From assembly GCA_030704795.1 (NCBI GenBank), contig JAUYCZ010000003.1:2412-66411 (forward strand): a DNA stretch of 64,000 nt, given 5' to 3'. This document shows positions 7,786 through 16,826 of this stretch, piece after piece; position 1 is the stretch's first letter, and each line of letters begins with the position of its first letter. Source of the DNA: a bacterium (GTDB taxonomy: Bacteria; Patescibacteriota; Minisyncoccia; Minisyncoccales; GWA2-46-15). The notes beneath the pieces are model-generated. The model was not told where the DNA came from. It saw nothing but the letters and a program-made list of their open reading frames with translations, and searched no databases. Made by a program: the position numbers and the translations under genes.

Positions 7786-9138
7786 ATGACTAATGAAGAG
7801 CTTTGGCAAACGGTTCTGGCCCAAATCCAACTGGTCATTTCCCCGGCAAATTTCGCTACTTGGTTCAAGCAAACAGCGATTGTCTCGCAAAAAGATGGCG
7901 AGATGATTGTTTCTGTCCCCAACTCTTTCTCTAGGGAATGGTTAAAGAATAAATACCATAAACTAATCACTAGGATCATCAACGATCAAGACAATAGAAT
8001 CAAGGAGATAAAATACGCGGTTGGATCAGTCGTTCAAACGACCCCGGAGAGAAAAACAAATCCAACCGTTCCGGCAATAGAACAACTAGACTTTCAGGAA
8101 TTAAAGATAGACAAAGAGACAAACCTTAACCCCCGTTATCTTTTTGATAATTTCGTTGTCGGTTCTTTTAATGAATTAGCTCATGCCGCCGCGACCGCCG
8201 TCGCCAAGACCCCGGGCGAGATTTACAACCCTTTGTTTGTTTACGGGGGAGTCGGGCTGGGCAAAACCCATCTTTTGCAGGCGGTCGGAAATGAAATCTC
8301 TAAAAACTTTGGCAAAAAAAATATTAAATATCTGCCCGCCGAAAGATTCGTCTCAGAAATCGTTGGCGCCATCAGAAATCATCAAATCGAATCGTTAAAA
8401 ACGAAGCTTCAGAAAACCGATATCTTAATTTTGGATGATGTTCAATTTCTGGCCGGCAAGGAAAAAACCCAGGAAGAATTTTTTCATCTTTTCAACGCTC
8501 TTTATGAAAAAAACAAACAAATCATCCTTTCTTCGGATCGTCCCCCTAAAGCCATCGCTTCCTTGGCCGAAAGGCTGCGCTCGCGCTTTGAGGGCGGCCT
8601 GATTGCTGATATTAGTTTTCCGGACCTGGAGACGCGCATGGCTATCCTGAAAACAAAGGCCGTAGAAAAAAATATAGAATTCAGCGACGAGATTATAAAC
8701 TACGTTGCTAGTAGTATTCAGAAAAATATCCGTGAGTTGGAAGGGGCTTTAAACCGACTGTCGACCCACCAAAAAATCTATGGCCAGCCCCTCACTCTAG
8801 AGATCGCCAAGGAGTTACTGGGCAGCCTCGTCGCCGGTCCGCCAAAGATCTCTTCCCCTAAGAAAATTGTTCAAGTGGTGAGCGATTTTTATGACCTGAG
8901 AGAAAAGGAAGTTTTTAGTATCACCAGAAAGAAAGAGGTGGTGAAACCGAGACAAATCATTATGTTTTTATTGAGAGAGGAGCTAAAATATTCCTTTCCG
9001 GCCATTGGCAGGATGTTCCAAGGAAAAGATCATACGACCGCCATTCACGCTTTTAAAAAGATAAAAAAGGGCGTTGAAGAGAATGAAGACCTGGCCGAGG
9101 AAATTTCTTTAATCAAAAGGAAGCTTTATGGCCTTTAA
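7786..9138 (+). CDS. dnaA: Chromosomal replication initiator DnaA
   Basis: Start set to ATG 7786 (MTNEELWQTVLAQIQL...). AAA+ motifs YGGVGLGKTHLLQA and ILILDDVQF. C-terminal DNA-binding region DHTTAIHAFKKI. TATAAT at 7774-7779. Confidence 0.9.
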   Translation: MTNEELWQTVLAQIQLVISPANFATWFKQTAIVSQKDGEMIVSVPNSFSREWLKNKYHKLITRIINDQDNRIKEIKYAVGSVVQTTPERKTNPTVPAIEQLDFQELKIDKETNLNPRYLFDNFVVGSFNELAHAAATAVAKTPGEIYNPLFVYGGVGLGKTHLLQAVGNEISKNFGKKNIKYLPAERFVSEIVGAIRNHQIESLKTKLQKTDILILDDVQFLAGKEKTQEEFFHLFNALYEKNKQIILSSDRPPKAIASLAERLRSRFEGGLIADISFPDLETRMAILKTKAVEKNIEFSDEIINYVASSIQKNIRELEGALNRLSTHQKIYGQPLTLEIAKELLGSLVAGPPKISSPKKIVQVVSDFYDLREKEVFSITRKKEVVKPRQIIMFLLREELKYSFPAIGRMFQGKDHTTAIHAFKKIKKGVEENEDLAEEISLIKRKLYGL

Positions 9139-9391
9139 GTTGGATGTGAACTAAAAGGGAAGAACTAGTTGAGAAAGAGTGAATAACTATGGGGTTTAAA
9201 AATGATAATTTAAAAACAGATTTTGAGGCAACGGGTTCTCAACAGTTTAATCCGTCTTTCTACTAACTTTTTACAACCTGGCCATTGATCTCAAAACAAA
9301 AATTAATTAGAGGACAATTAACAAAAGAAAAAAATTTCACGTCGCCAACAATAACAACAATTAACTTATTTAATATATAACTACAACAACG
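9139..9391. other. Candidate oriC / DNA-unwinding region in the dnaA-dnaN spacer
   Basis: 253-nt non-coding spacer that becomes extremely AT-rich and A-skewed at 9290-9391. Only degenerate DnaA-box-like words are present (AGTGAATAA 9178-9186; TTATTCACA 7679-7687 upstream of dnaA). Confidence 0.35.
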
Positions 9392-10519
9392 ATGAAAACA
9401 ATTATTTTAAAAGAAAATCTTAAAGAGGGACTGGGAGCGGTCGGCCGAATCGCTCAAAAAAATCTTTCTTTACCGATTTTGAATTCTGTTTTATTGTCTT
9501 GTGAAAAGAATTTTATCTGTCTCAAAGCAACCGACCTGGAAATGGGAATGAAATGGTGGATCCTGTCTAAGGTCGAAAAAGAAGGAAAAGTTGCTTGCTC
9601 TCTAAAAGTTTTGCAGTCCTTGATCGATTCTCTTCCCGCAGAAAAATTATCTTTAAAGGCAGAGGAGAAAAAATTATTACTAGAAGCAGATGGTTTTCGG
9701 GCTCAGATCAATGGTCTGGACGCCGAAGAGTTTCCGATCATTCCCGAACCCGAAGGCGAAATCAGTTTTGTCATAAAAAATTCACGGTTTATTGAAGGAT
9801 TATCGCAGGTCGTGGAGATGACCGCCGTCTCTCTGATCAAGCCAGAAATTTCTGGCGTTCATTTTAATCTTAGCGGAAACCAATTCAAAATGGTGGCGAC
9901 AGATAGCTTTCGTTTAGCCGAAAAGACCATTTTTTTAGATAAAAAACCAGAGAAAGAGGCTTCTTTCATTCTTCCCCAGAGAGCCTGCCGGGAGATTATT
10001 AATGCCTTTGGAGAGAGAGAAGAAGATTTAAGATTTTACCTTTCTCCAAATCAAATCGTTCTCGAGTCGTTGATGGAAGAAACGCCTCATCCCCGGGTTC
10101 AGTTTTTCACTCGTCTAATTGAGGGAGAATATCCAAACTATCAAGAGATTATTCCTAAGGAATTTCGTTTTAAAGCGTTTCTCCAAAAAAATGAATTTTT
10201 GCAGCGCCTTAAGGCGGTGAGCTTGTTTAGCAATAAGATCAATGAAGTTAAAATTAAGATTAATTCGGAGAAACAAGAAATCGAACTAGAAGGACAAAAC
10301 CCGGAGGTTGGTCAATCAAGCAGTGTTTTTAGTGCCCGGATCGAAGGAGAAAAAGAAGCGATGGAGGTTTCTTTTAATTGGAGATTCCTCATCGATGGCT
10401 TAAATCAAATCAAAGACAAGGAATTCGTCTTAGCCCTAAGTAAAGACGAGGGCCCGGCGGTCATGAAACCAAAAGAAGAGTCGGGTTATTTGTATCTGTT
10501 AATGCCCCTCCGGATTTAG
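9392..10519 (+). CDS. dnaN: DNA polymerase III beta sliding clamp
   Basis: 375 aa, LPILNSVLL, ATDSFRLAE, and position after dnaA. Confidence 0.9.
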   Translation: MKTIILKENLKEGLGAVGRIAQKNLSLPILNSVLLSCEKNFICLKATDLEMGMKWWILSKVEKEGKVACSLKVLQSLIDSLPAEKLSLKAEEKKLLLEADGFRAQINGLDAEEFPIIPEPEGEISFVIKNSRFIEGLSQVVEMTAVSLIKPEISGVHFNLSGNQFKMVATDSFRLAEKTIFLDKKPEKEASFILPQRACREIINAFGEREEDLRFYLSPNQIVLESLMEETPHPRVQFFTRLIEGEYPNYQEIIPKEFRFKAFLQKNEFLQRLKAVSLFSNKINEVKIKINSEKQEIELEGQNPEVGQSSSVFSARIEGEKEAMEVSFNWRFLIDGLNQIKDKEFVLALSKDEGPAVMKPKEESGYLYLLMPLRI

Positions 10520-12450
10520 GGCGTATCGGCCAGAGGAAAAGGTTCTGGGAGAGATTGAGAAAGAGATTTTTTCATTAACTCGTGGAAAATTGGGCCGGCG
10601 AAGACAATCCCCGGCTCTTTTCCCATTGGTGAATTATCATTGTTTCCCGTCCAAACTCCGATGACAGTTGAGGGAGTGTAGCCAATTGTCCAGCCGTCAC
10701 GGAAGCTTTGCGTCGTTCCGGTTTTGACGGCCACGCGGTAGTTTTCGAAAAAGAGCAAGGATCTTGGTCCGAACATGGCGGCTCGAGCATCGTTGTCCGA
10801 GAGAATGCCATTAATTAGGGCCGTTACTCTTGTTTCCAATACTCGCTTGGGAGTAATTTTATTTTCTTCAATAATCTCGCCTTTATCGTCTTCGATTTTT
10901 AGAATTGGAGTCGGCTTTAACCAAAATCCATTATTGGCAAAGGCGCCATAGGCCGAGACCATTTCTAACAACTTTGTTTCGTACCCGCCCAAGACAATCG
11001 ACGGTCCAAAAGGTGGTTTTAGGGTGGTGATGCCCAAATCTCTGGCCGTCTGGATGCTATCTTCTAGGCCCGCCAAATTTAAGAGAACTTTGATCGAGGG
11101 GATATTTAATGATTGAGCCAGGGCTTGCCGGAGGGTCACGATGCCACGGAAAAGGCCATCATAGTTTTGAGGGATATAATCTTTTCCTCCCCATTCGCCA
11201 AAGTTTGTCTGTTCGTCAATAATGGTAGTTTTATCATCAAACCCTTTTTTAAAAGCGGTGGCATAGACAAAGGGCTTGAAAGATGAACCGGGCTGGCGAG
11301 AGGCCAGAGCGACGTTGAACTGAGGCTCAAAAAGACAGTTTTTGCCCGATTGGCAATCCGGCGGATAAGAATCGCCGAAAAAATCTTTAGAGCCAACCAG
11401 GGCGAGAATTTCTCCGGTCTGTGGGTTAATAATGACGACCGCCGCATTATAGGAGCGGTAGGCCTGATTCGTCTTAGCTCTTTCTTCAATAATATTTTCG
11501 GCGGATTTTTGAAGATCCCAGTCAAGAGTCGTATAAACCTTTAACCCTTTTTCTTTTAAGAAATCCTCGCCGTATTTTTCTTCCAAAAGACCTTTGACCC
11601 AAAGGACGAAATGGGGGGCCCGGATTTTTTGGCTGATTTTGGCGAACCTTAGAACTTCGTTCTGGCCGGCCCGTTCTTCTTCAGGGGTGATGAATTTTAA
11701 ATCGGCCATTCGGCGGAGAACATAATCTTTTCTCGCCAAGAGTTCATCTTTATGGGGTCCGTAGGGAGAAAGGCGGCCCGGAGCCTTGACTAAAGAGACA
11801 AGAACGGCCGCCTCGGCCAAAGACAGGTCCAGGGCGCTTTTTTGGAAATAGCTTTTACTGGCTTCTTCGACGCCGTAAGCGTTTTGACCGAAAGGAATCT
11901 GGTTTAAGTAGAACTCCAAGATCTGGTCTTTGGAATAGCGCCTTTCCAGTTCTAAGGTCAGAATCACTTCTCTGGTTTTTCTGACCCCGGTTTTCTCTCT
12001 GCCCAGATAGGAAGAGCGAACGAGTTGTTGGGAAATCGTTGAGGCGCCCTGAGAGGGAGCGAGAAATCTTAAATCAGCCAAAACCGCTCGGACAATCCCT
12101 TTTAGGCTGACTCCGTGATGACGATAAAAATCAGCGTCTTCAGCGGCCAGAAGACCGTCTTTTAAATACTTTGAAATCTGATCCAGAGGAACAACGGTTC
12201 TTTTTTCCTCGCCATAGATTTCATAAAGAAGGGTTTTACCGTCTCGGGCATAAATCTTGGTTGATTGGGTAACTTCCTTTTCATTAAAGTCTTCAGGCCG
12301 AGGCAGGTCTTTGGCATAACTGATGACCAAAAATAGGGCGACAGCAAAAAAAGTTAAGAAACAAAAACCAAAAAGTTTTAGAGATAATAAAAACAGTTTT
12401 CTTTTTCTGGTTTTCTGGTAGACTCGACGATAGAATTTTCTTTCTGCCAT
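10516..12450 (-). CDS. Bifunctional class A penicillin-binding protein (GT51 transglycosylase + transpeptidase)
   Basis: N-terminal TM helix. GT51 motifs EDADFYRHHGV and RKTREV. Transpeptidase motifs SSFKP (SxxK) and KTGTT. Confidence 0.85.
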   Translation of the reverse strand: MAERKFYRRVYQKTRKRKLFLLSLKLFGFCFLTFFAVALFLVISYAKDLPRPEDFNEKEVTQSTKIYARDGKTLLYEIYGEEKRTVVPLDQISKYLKDGLLAAEDADFYRHHGVSLKGIVRAVLADLRFLAPSQGASTISQQLVRSSYLGREKTGVRKTREVILTLELERRYSKDQILEFYLNQIPFGQNAYGVEEASKSYFQKSALDLSLAEAAVLVSLVKAPGRLSPYGPHKDELLARKDYVLRRMADLKFITPEEERAGQNEVLRFAKISQKIRAPHFVLWVKGLLEEKYGEDFLKEKGLKVYTTLDWDLQKSAENIIEERAKTNQAYRSYNAAVVIINPQTGEILALVGSKDFFGDSYPPDCQSGKNCLFEPQFNVALASRQPGSSFKPFVYATAFKKGFDDKTTIIDEQTNFGEWGGKDYIPQNYDGLFRGIVTLRQALAQSLNIPSIKVLLNLAGLEDSIQTARDLGITTLKPPFGPSIVLGGYETKLLEMVSAYGAFANNGFWLKPTPILKIEDDKGEIIEENKITPKRVLETRVTALINGILSDNDARAAMFGPRSLLFFENYRVAVKTGTTQSFRDGWTIGYTPSTVIGVWTGNNDNSPMGKEPGIVFAGPIFHELMKKSLSQSLPEPFPLADTP

Positions 12451-12465
12451 AAATCTATTTTAACA

Positions 12466-12492
12466 CAAAACCCCGGATTAGCGGGGGTTTGT
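12466..12492 (-). terminator. Hairpin plus T-tract between a small acidic ORF and the PBP gene
   Basis: Minus strand reads AAACCCCCGCTAATCCGGGGTTTTGTG: a GC stem followed by a T-run. Confidence 0.45.
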
Positions 12493-12507
12493 GAGAAACG
12501 CCGTAAT

Positions 12508-12660
12508 TTACTCGAGCTCATCTTCTGAGTCGTCGTCGGTATCCTCTTCTTTGACCGTTCCGTCTCCCTCTTCGGCGTCGGATTCTTCTGGCTCCTCCGT
12601 CCCTTCTCCCCATTCACCCTGACTACTCAAGAGCAGCGAAACTTCTTTGTCCAATGACAT
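12508..12660 (-). CDS. Possible 50-aa highly acidic small protein
   Basis: Hand translation gives MSLDKEVSLLLSSQGEWGEGTEEPEESDAEEGDGTVKEEDTDDDSEDELE. It is preceded by a minus-strand TTGACA-16-TAAAAT promoter and followed by a hairpin. I recognise no homology. Confidence 0.3.
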   Translation of the reverse strand: MSLDKEVSLLLSSQGEWGEGTEEPEESDAEEGDGTVKEEDTDDDSEDELE

Positions 12661-12737
12661 AGTAATTTATGTCGGCGAATAGACGCTTAAGTCTTTAATC
12701 GACCTTTCTTATCTTTGCAAAACAGTATCTAATAGCA

Positions 12738-12765
12738 ATTTTAATTTCTTGAGAAATCTTGTCAA
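12738..12765 (-). promoter_or_regulatory. Sigma70-like promoter (TTGACA-16 nt-TAAAAT) reading into the acidic ORF / PBP gene
   Basis: Reverse complement of TGTCAA 12760-12765 and ATTTTA 12738-12743. Confidence 0.45.
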
Positions 12766-12781
12766 TAGCGAGTACGATATA

Positions 12782-13303
12782 TCAAACCTTTTTATCTCGG
12801 CGCGTCAGAGAACTCGCGCCTTTAGTCAACGAAAAAACTCCACAAAGAGCCACGCCCAGAGCATCGGTGACATCGTCTGGCCGGGGAATACTTTTTAGCC
12901 CGAGTATCTCGACGATTCTTCTCTGAACTTCTTCTTTTTCGGCGCGACCATAATTAGCGACCCGAGCTTTTACTTGGATCGGAGTGAACTCGATTATGGA
13001 TATTTTTCTCTTGGCGGCACCGAGGATGATGACACCCGAAGCCCGGCTGACAGGAATGAGAGTTTTCTGATTTTTAAAAAAGAAGACGCTTTCAATGGCA
13101 ATCAATCCCGGTTGGTACTTTTTGATCAAGGCGTCAAACTCTTTAGCGATTTTTTCCAATCGTTGAGGAAAAGGATTATCCGGAGTCGTTTCGATCAGCC
13201 CATAGGCCAGACAACTCACCTTTGATCCCTTTTGGGGTCCGGTTGTCTTTAGAACTCCGTAGCCAATCGTGGCCGTGCCGGGATCAATACCAAGAACAAT
13301 CAT
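12782..13303 (-). CDS. ruvC: Holliday junction resolvase RuvC
   Basis: MIVLGIDPGTATIGYGV...; 173 aa; downstream of a YebC-family gene, which is the usual synteny. Confidence 0.85.
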   Translation of the reverse strand: MIVLGIDPGTATIGYGVLKTTGPQKGSKVSCLAYGLIETTPDNPFPQRLEKIAKEFDALIKKYQPGLIAIESVFFFKNQKTLIPVSRASGVIILGAAKRKISIIEFTPIQVKARVANYGRAEKEEVQRRIVEILGLKSIPRPDDVTDALGVALCGVFSLTKGASSLTRRDKKV

Positions 13304-13305
13304 GT

Positions 13306-14049
13306 TTAATTCTCGCTAGCACTCGAATTAGAATAGACGTCTTGAACGTCGTTGTTTTCATCGAGAGCATCAAAAAGCTTTTCCGCCCGCCGCTTGTCAG
13401 CTTCAACAATCGACACCTCGTCTTTAGCGACCCAGTCAGCCGAGGCAGAATCAATCTTCGCCCCCTCTTTTTCTAAAGCCGCCTTAGTCGCCTGGAGGCT
13501 ATCAACCGGAACATAGATTTCGAGAAGATCCTGGCGCCAGATAAGGTCTTGGGCTCCAGCTTCAATAGCCCTGAGTTCTAGAATCTCCTTGTTCTTCCCG
13601 TCGTCGGCCTGACTCTCAAGGGCCAGGGCAATTACCCCTTTTCTTTCAAACAACCAGCGAACCGAGCCTTCTTGGGCGAGCTTACCGTTGTATTGGGAAA
13701 GAATCTGTTTTATTTCTCCTAGGGTCCGGTTTTTATTATCGGTGATACCCTCAATTATCAAGGCGATGCCGCCGGGACCGTAAGCCTCAAATAAAAATTC
13801 GTTTAACTCTTTGCCCTCCAGACCGCCGCTGGCTTGTTTGATGGCTCTTTCAATGTTGTCGTTGGGCGTATTGAAGGAGCGCGCTCTTTCAATTGCCACC
13901 TTTAATTTATAGTTGGTTTCGATATTAGGGCCGCCTTCTCTAACGGCAATAGTGATCAATTTAACCACTTTAGAAAAAATCTGTCCCCTTTTTTGGTCCG
14001 TGACGGCTTTCTGATGAGCAATGGTTTTCGCGTGACTGTGACCGGACAT
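13306..14049 (-). CDS. YebC/PmpR-family transcriptional regulator
   Basis: MSGHSHAKTIAHQKAVTDQKRGQIFSK...; 247 aa. Confidence 0.85.
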   Translation of the reverse strand: MSGHSHAKTIAHQKAVTDQKRGQIFSKVVKLITIAVREGGPNIETNYKLKVAIERARSFNTPNDNIERAIKQASGGLEGKELNEFLFEAYGPGGIALIIEGITDNKNRTLGEIKQILSQYNGKLAQEGSVRWLFERKGVIALALESQADDGKNKEILELRAIEAGAQDLIWRQDLLEIYVPVDSLQATKAALEKEGAKIDSASADWVAKDEVSIVEADKRRAEKLFDALDENNDVQDVYSNSSASEN

Positions 14050-14058
14050 AGTTTTGAT

Positions 14059-15255
14059 TTAGGCTTTACTTTTTGTCATGATTACTTTTAGCATTAAAAT
14101 AGCTGTTCCCGAAAGGGCGGCGATTAAAAGAGCTAGGCCGAAGGTCCGGAGCGGGGAGTGGTCGATATTTCCGATTTCCCGGATTTTCTCGGGAAGGACG
14201 AGGCCGGCCTGGGCAGACAAAGGAGAAGTTTCGACGTCTTTCGCTTGATCGGCAACGAGAATATTGACGTTGCCCGGCGTCAGAGTTTTTGTCCAGGACC
14301 ACCGGGAATCGAATCTAGACAGAGACTGTCCGCGAAGAGCATTTTGGTATGACACGGCGTCGACCGCCTGGGCGGTTGGCGTCAACAGGGAAATCTTTTC
14401 CTCCTGATTATTGAGGATAATTTGAGACGTTGGCCGTTTAATGACGAAGTAGCCTCGTTCGCCGATCATTGTCCCGGCGGGAAAGGAATACTCTTTTGTT
14501 TTACCAAAAAAATCGGTTAGTTGCCAGCCGGAAAGATCAACAGGAAAATCGTTTTGATTAAAAATCTCGAGCCATTCTTCAACCTCGTCAGGGCCCAGAG
14601 GCGAAGGCAGAATCTCGCTCAAGATAATTCCTTTTGGGTAAGAGAGGGCGGGAGAGGTTATAGCAGGCGGAACGCCCGATATATCACCCGATACTATGGG
14701 CGAGCTCAAGGCCAAGGATTCAACGGGGCTAGGAATCGGTTCCGACAGAAGGCTATTTTTTCTTCCCGGGGTTCCTCCGGCATCCCGGCTCGTCGACCAG
14801 GACATTCCTTTTCTTTCCATCGTCTGCTTTACGGAGTTGTCGCCGCCAGGCCAACCATCATCTGAGCTGATTTCGTCAATTAAATTATTTTCCTGATCAA
14901 GAAGACGGAGATTTTCGCCGTTATTTTCCAGGGCGCCGGTATAAATCTGTTCGGCTTTGATTTCGGGAACGGTTTCGTCGTTCGTGCGCTCTAGAAGATA
15001 AAAACCATTCGGGATAATCTTTCCCGCGAGAATAATACTGGGAATGCCGTCCTCGGCAATTATTCTCCAGCCCCCTAGATCAATCGTGGCGTCGCTGTTA
15101 TTATAGAGTTCGGCCCATTCTTTATTGGCCGAGGCCGTTGTTCCCATCCAAGCAATCTCGTTAAAGACAACCACCGAGCGGCTAACGGCCAAGGCCTTAA
15201 GCGGCAGGAGGAACAAAAGAAGAAGGATTAAGAACAACTGGGGATTGACAAACAT
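14059..15255 (-). CDS. Cell-surface protein with two lamin-tail (LTD) domains and a C-terminal TM anchor
   Basis: Signal peptide, then two LTD motifs: VVFNEIAWMGT...EWAELYNNSD..IDLGGWRI and ILSEILPSP...EWLEIFNQND..VDLSGWQL. C-terminal LALLIAALSGTAILMLKVIM. Confidence 0.7.
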   Translation of the reverse strand: MFVNPQLFLILLLLFLLPLKALAVSRSVVVFNEIAWMGTTASANKEWAELYNNSDATIDLGGWRIIAEDGIPSIILAGKIIPNGFYLLERTNDETVPEIKAEQIYTGALENNGENLRLLDQENNLIDEISSDDGWPGGDNSVKQTMERKGMSWSTSRDAGGTPGRKNSLLSEPIPSPVESLALSSPIVSGDISGVPPAITSPALSYPKGIILSEILPSPLGPDEVEEWLEIFNQNDFPVDLSGWQLTDFFGKTKEYSFPAGTMIGERGYFVIKRPTSQIILNNQEEKISLLTPTAQAVDAVSYQNALRGQSLSRFDSRWSWTKTLTPGNVNILVADQAKDVETSPLSAQAGLVLPEKIREIGNIDHSPLRTFGLALLIAALSGTAILMLKVIMTKSKA

Positions 15256-15287
15256 TCAATTGTTTGTTATAATCATTCAGTCAGTAT

Positions 15288-15427
15288 AAAAACCTTTTCA
15301 GGTGGGGGCACCCTTTCGGGGAGAATTTTTCATGAAGGAGATCCCGGTATTTTTACTAGAATCTTCCTCGGGAAAATTTGAGACTCGTGACTGGCGTCCG
15401 GGTATGCCCCTGCCTGAAGAGGTTTTT
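15288..15427. other. 140-nt rod-like hairpin (23-bp closing stem) in the spacer between two minus-strand genes; sRNA or bidirectional terminator
   Basis: 15288-15310 pairs with 15405-15427 (23 bp including 3 GU). Inner helices are 15324-15331/15372-15379 and 15334-15342/15361-15369. T-runs follow the stem on both strands. Plus-strand TGTTATAAT at 15264-15272. Confidence 0.45.
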
Positions 15428-15434
15428 GTTTTGA

Positions 15435-16748
15435 CTACTCCTGGCCGACGACTCTTTCTAGTTCCTCAATCGTAGTGATGCCTTCTAGGACTCTAATTAA
15501 GCCATCTTGATACAGGGTGATCATACCCTTTTCAATGGCTTTTTCTCTGAGGTCGCTGGTGGCGGGTTCTTTTAGGATGAATCTTTCCATTTCTTCGTCA
15601 ACCAAGAAGGCTTCAAAAACGCCCAACCTGCCCCGATAGCCGGTAAAGTTGCAGTCCTCGCAGCCCTTGGCAAAAGGAATTTTTGACTCCTTAGAAAGAG
15701 GGGGGATTTTCATATTCTGAGGCAGCTTACTTAAACGGTGCCCAATCTTTTCCAGGATATCGGCGGTAATCGGTTTTAATTCAACGCATTTTTGACAAAC
15801 CCTTCTAATTAGTCTTTGGGCGACGGCCGAATTAATGGCGGCCGCGACCGAAGGCGGAGTGGCTCCCAGATCAATCAATCTGGCGATGGTGCCGGCGGCG
15901 TCATTGGCGTGCAGGGTAGAAAAGACCAAGTGGCCGGTGAGGGCGGCTTGTAGGGCAATCTCCGCTGTTTCCAGGTCTCTAATTTCTCCCACTAAGATCA
16001 CGTCCGGATCTTGTCGGACAATGGCTCTTAACCCGGAGGCAAAATCATAGCCCTTGGCCGGATTGGTCTGGGTTTGAGAGATGCCATCAAGCCGATATTC
16101 GATCGGGTCCTCAATGGTAATGATTTTAATTTCTGAACTTTGAACCTCTTTTAAAAAAGCGTAGAGGGTAGTGGTTTTGCCCGAGCCAGTGGGGCCGGTG
16201 ACAACAATCATCCCATTAGGTTTGGTAATTTCTTGACGAAAAATTTCCAGGAGATCGGCTCTGAGACCAAGTTGTTTTAGACTGATCAGGTCTTCTGAGT
16301 TCAGAACTCTCAGGACAACCGATTCGCCGTATTCGGCGGGGAGAGTTGAAGAGCGCACCTCGATACTTTTCTGATTATCAACAACAGAAAACCGACCATC
16401 TTGGGGCCGGTCGCTAACATTTAACTTAATACCCGAAACCAGTTTTAAACGAGAGAGCAAGGGGCGATAATCTTCGCGAGAAATATTGACCAAGTCCTGC
16501 AGAACTCCGTCAATTCTCAGCCGGATCTTAACCTGATCTTCTTCTGTCTCGAGATGAATATCAGAAGAGCCGAGATCAATCGCGCCGATGAAAATGGCTT
16601 CTAAGAGTTCGCTGATATTTTGGCCGGAAATTTGAGAAATTATCTTGGCAAAACCAGGAATGTTTTTAATCTTTTCTGGGTAGCCGAGTCGAGAGACTCG
16701 AATCTCTCCGCTAACTTTCCTGGGATTGGGAGTGGTGGAGTTAATCAC
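15435..16748 (-). CDS. GspE/PilB-family type II/IV secretion (type IV pilus) ATPase
   Basis: Walker A VTGPTGSGKTTT, GEIRD, Walker B IILVGEIRD region, and the tetracysteine CQKC...CEDC. Confidence 0.8.
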   Translation of the reverse strand: MINSTTPNPRKVSGEIRVSRLGYPEKIKNIPGFAKIISQISGQNISELLEAIFIGAIDLGSSDIHLETEEDQVKIRLRIDGVLQDLVNISREDYRPLLSRLKLVSGIKLNVSDRPQDGRFSVVDNQKSIEVRSSTLPAEYGESVVLRVLNSEDLISLKQLGLRADLLEIFRQEITKPNGMIVVTGPTGSGKTTTLYAFLKEVQSSEIKIITIEDPIEYRLDGISQTQTNPAKGYDFASGLRAIVRQDPDVILVGEIRDLETAEIALQAALTGHLVFSTLHANDAAGTIARLIDLGATPPSVAAAINSAVAQRLIRRVCQKCVELKPITADILEKIGHRLSKLPQNMKIPPLSKESKIPFAKGCEDCNFTGYRGRLGVFEAFLVDEEMERFILKEPATSDLREKAIEKGMITLYQDGLIRVLEGITTIEELERVVGQE

Positions 16749-16826
16749 AATAGTTTAGAATTAACCTAGGAAATATTTATACACTTTATATCGATTTGTT
16801 TAAATAGTCAATCTGACTAACTAACC

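Noticed and set aside
12378-12617. 79-aa minus-strand ORF overlapping the PBP start
   Set aside because: It overlaps the PBP N-terminus and a terminator hairpin. The alternative 50-aa acidic frame (12508-12660) fits the promoter and terminator layout better, although it too is low confidence.
15326-15341. Shared word TTTT(C/A)ATGAAGGAGA in the two structured spacers (15326-15341 and 33788-33802), as evidence for one sRNA family
   Set aside because: The word occupies different structural positions in the two folds and is SD/start-like low-information sequence. The rest of the two regions does not align.
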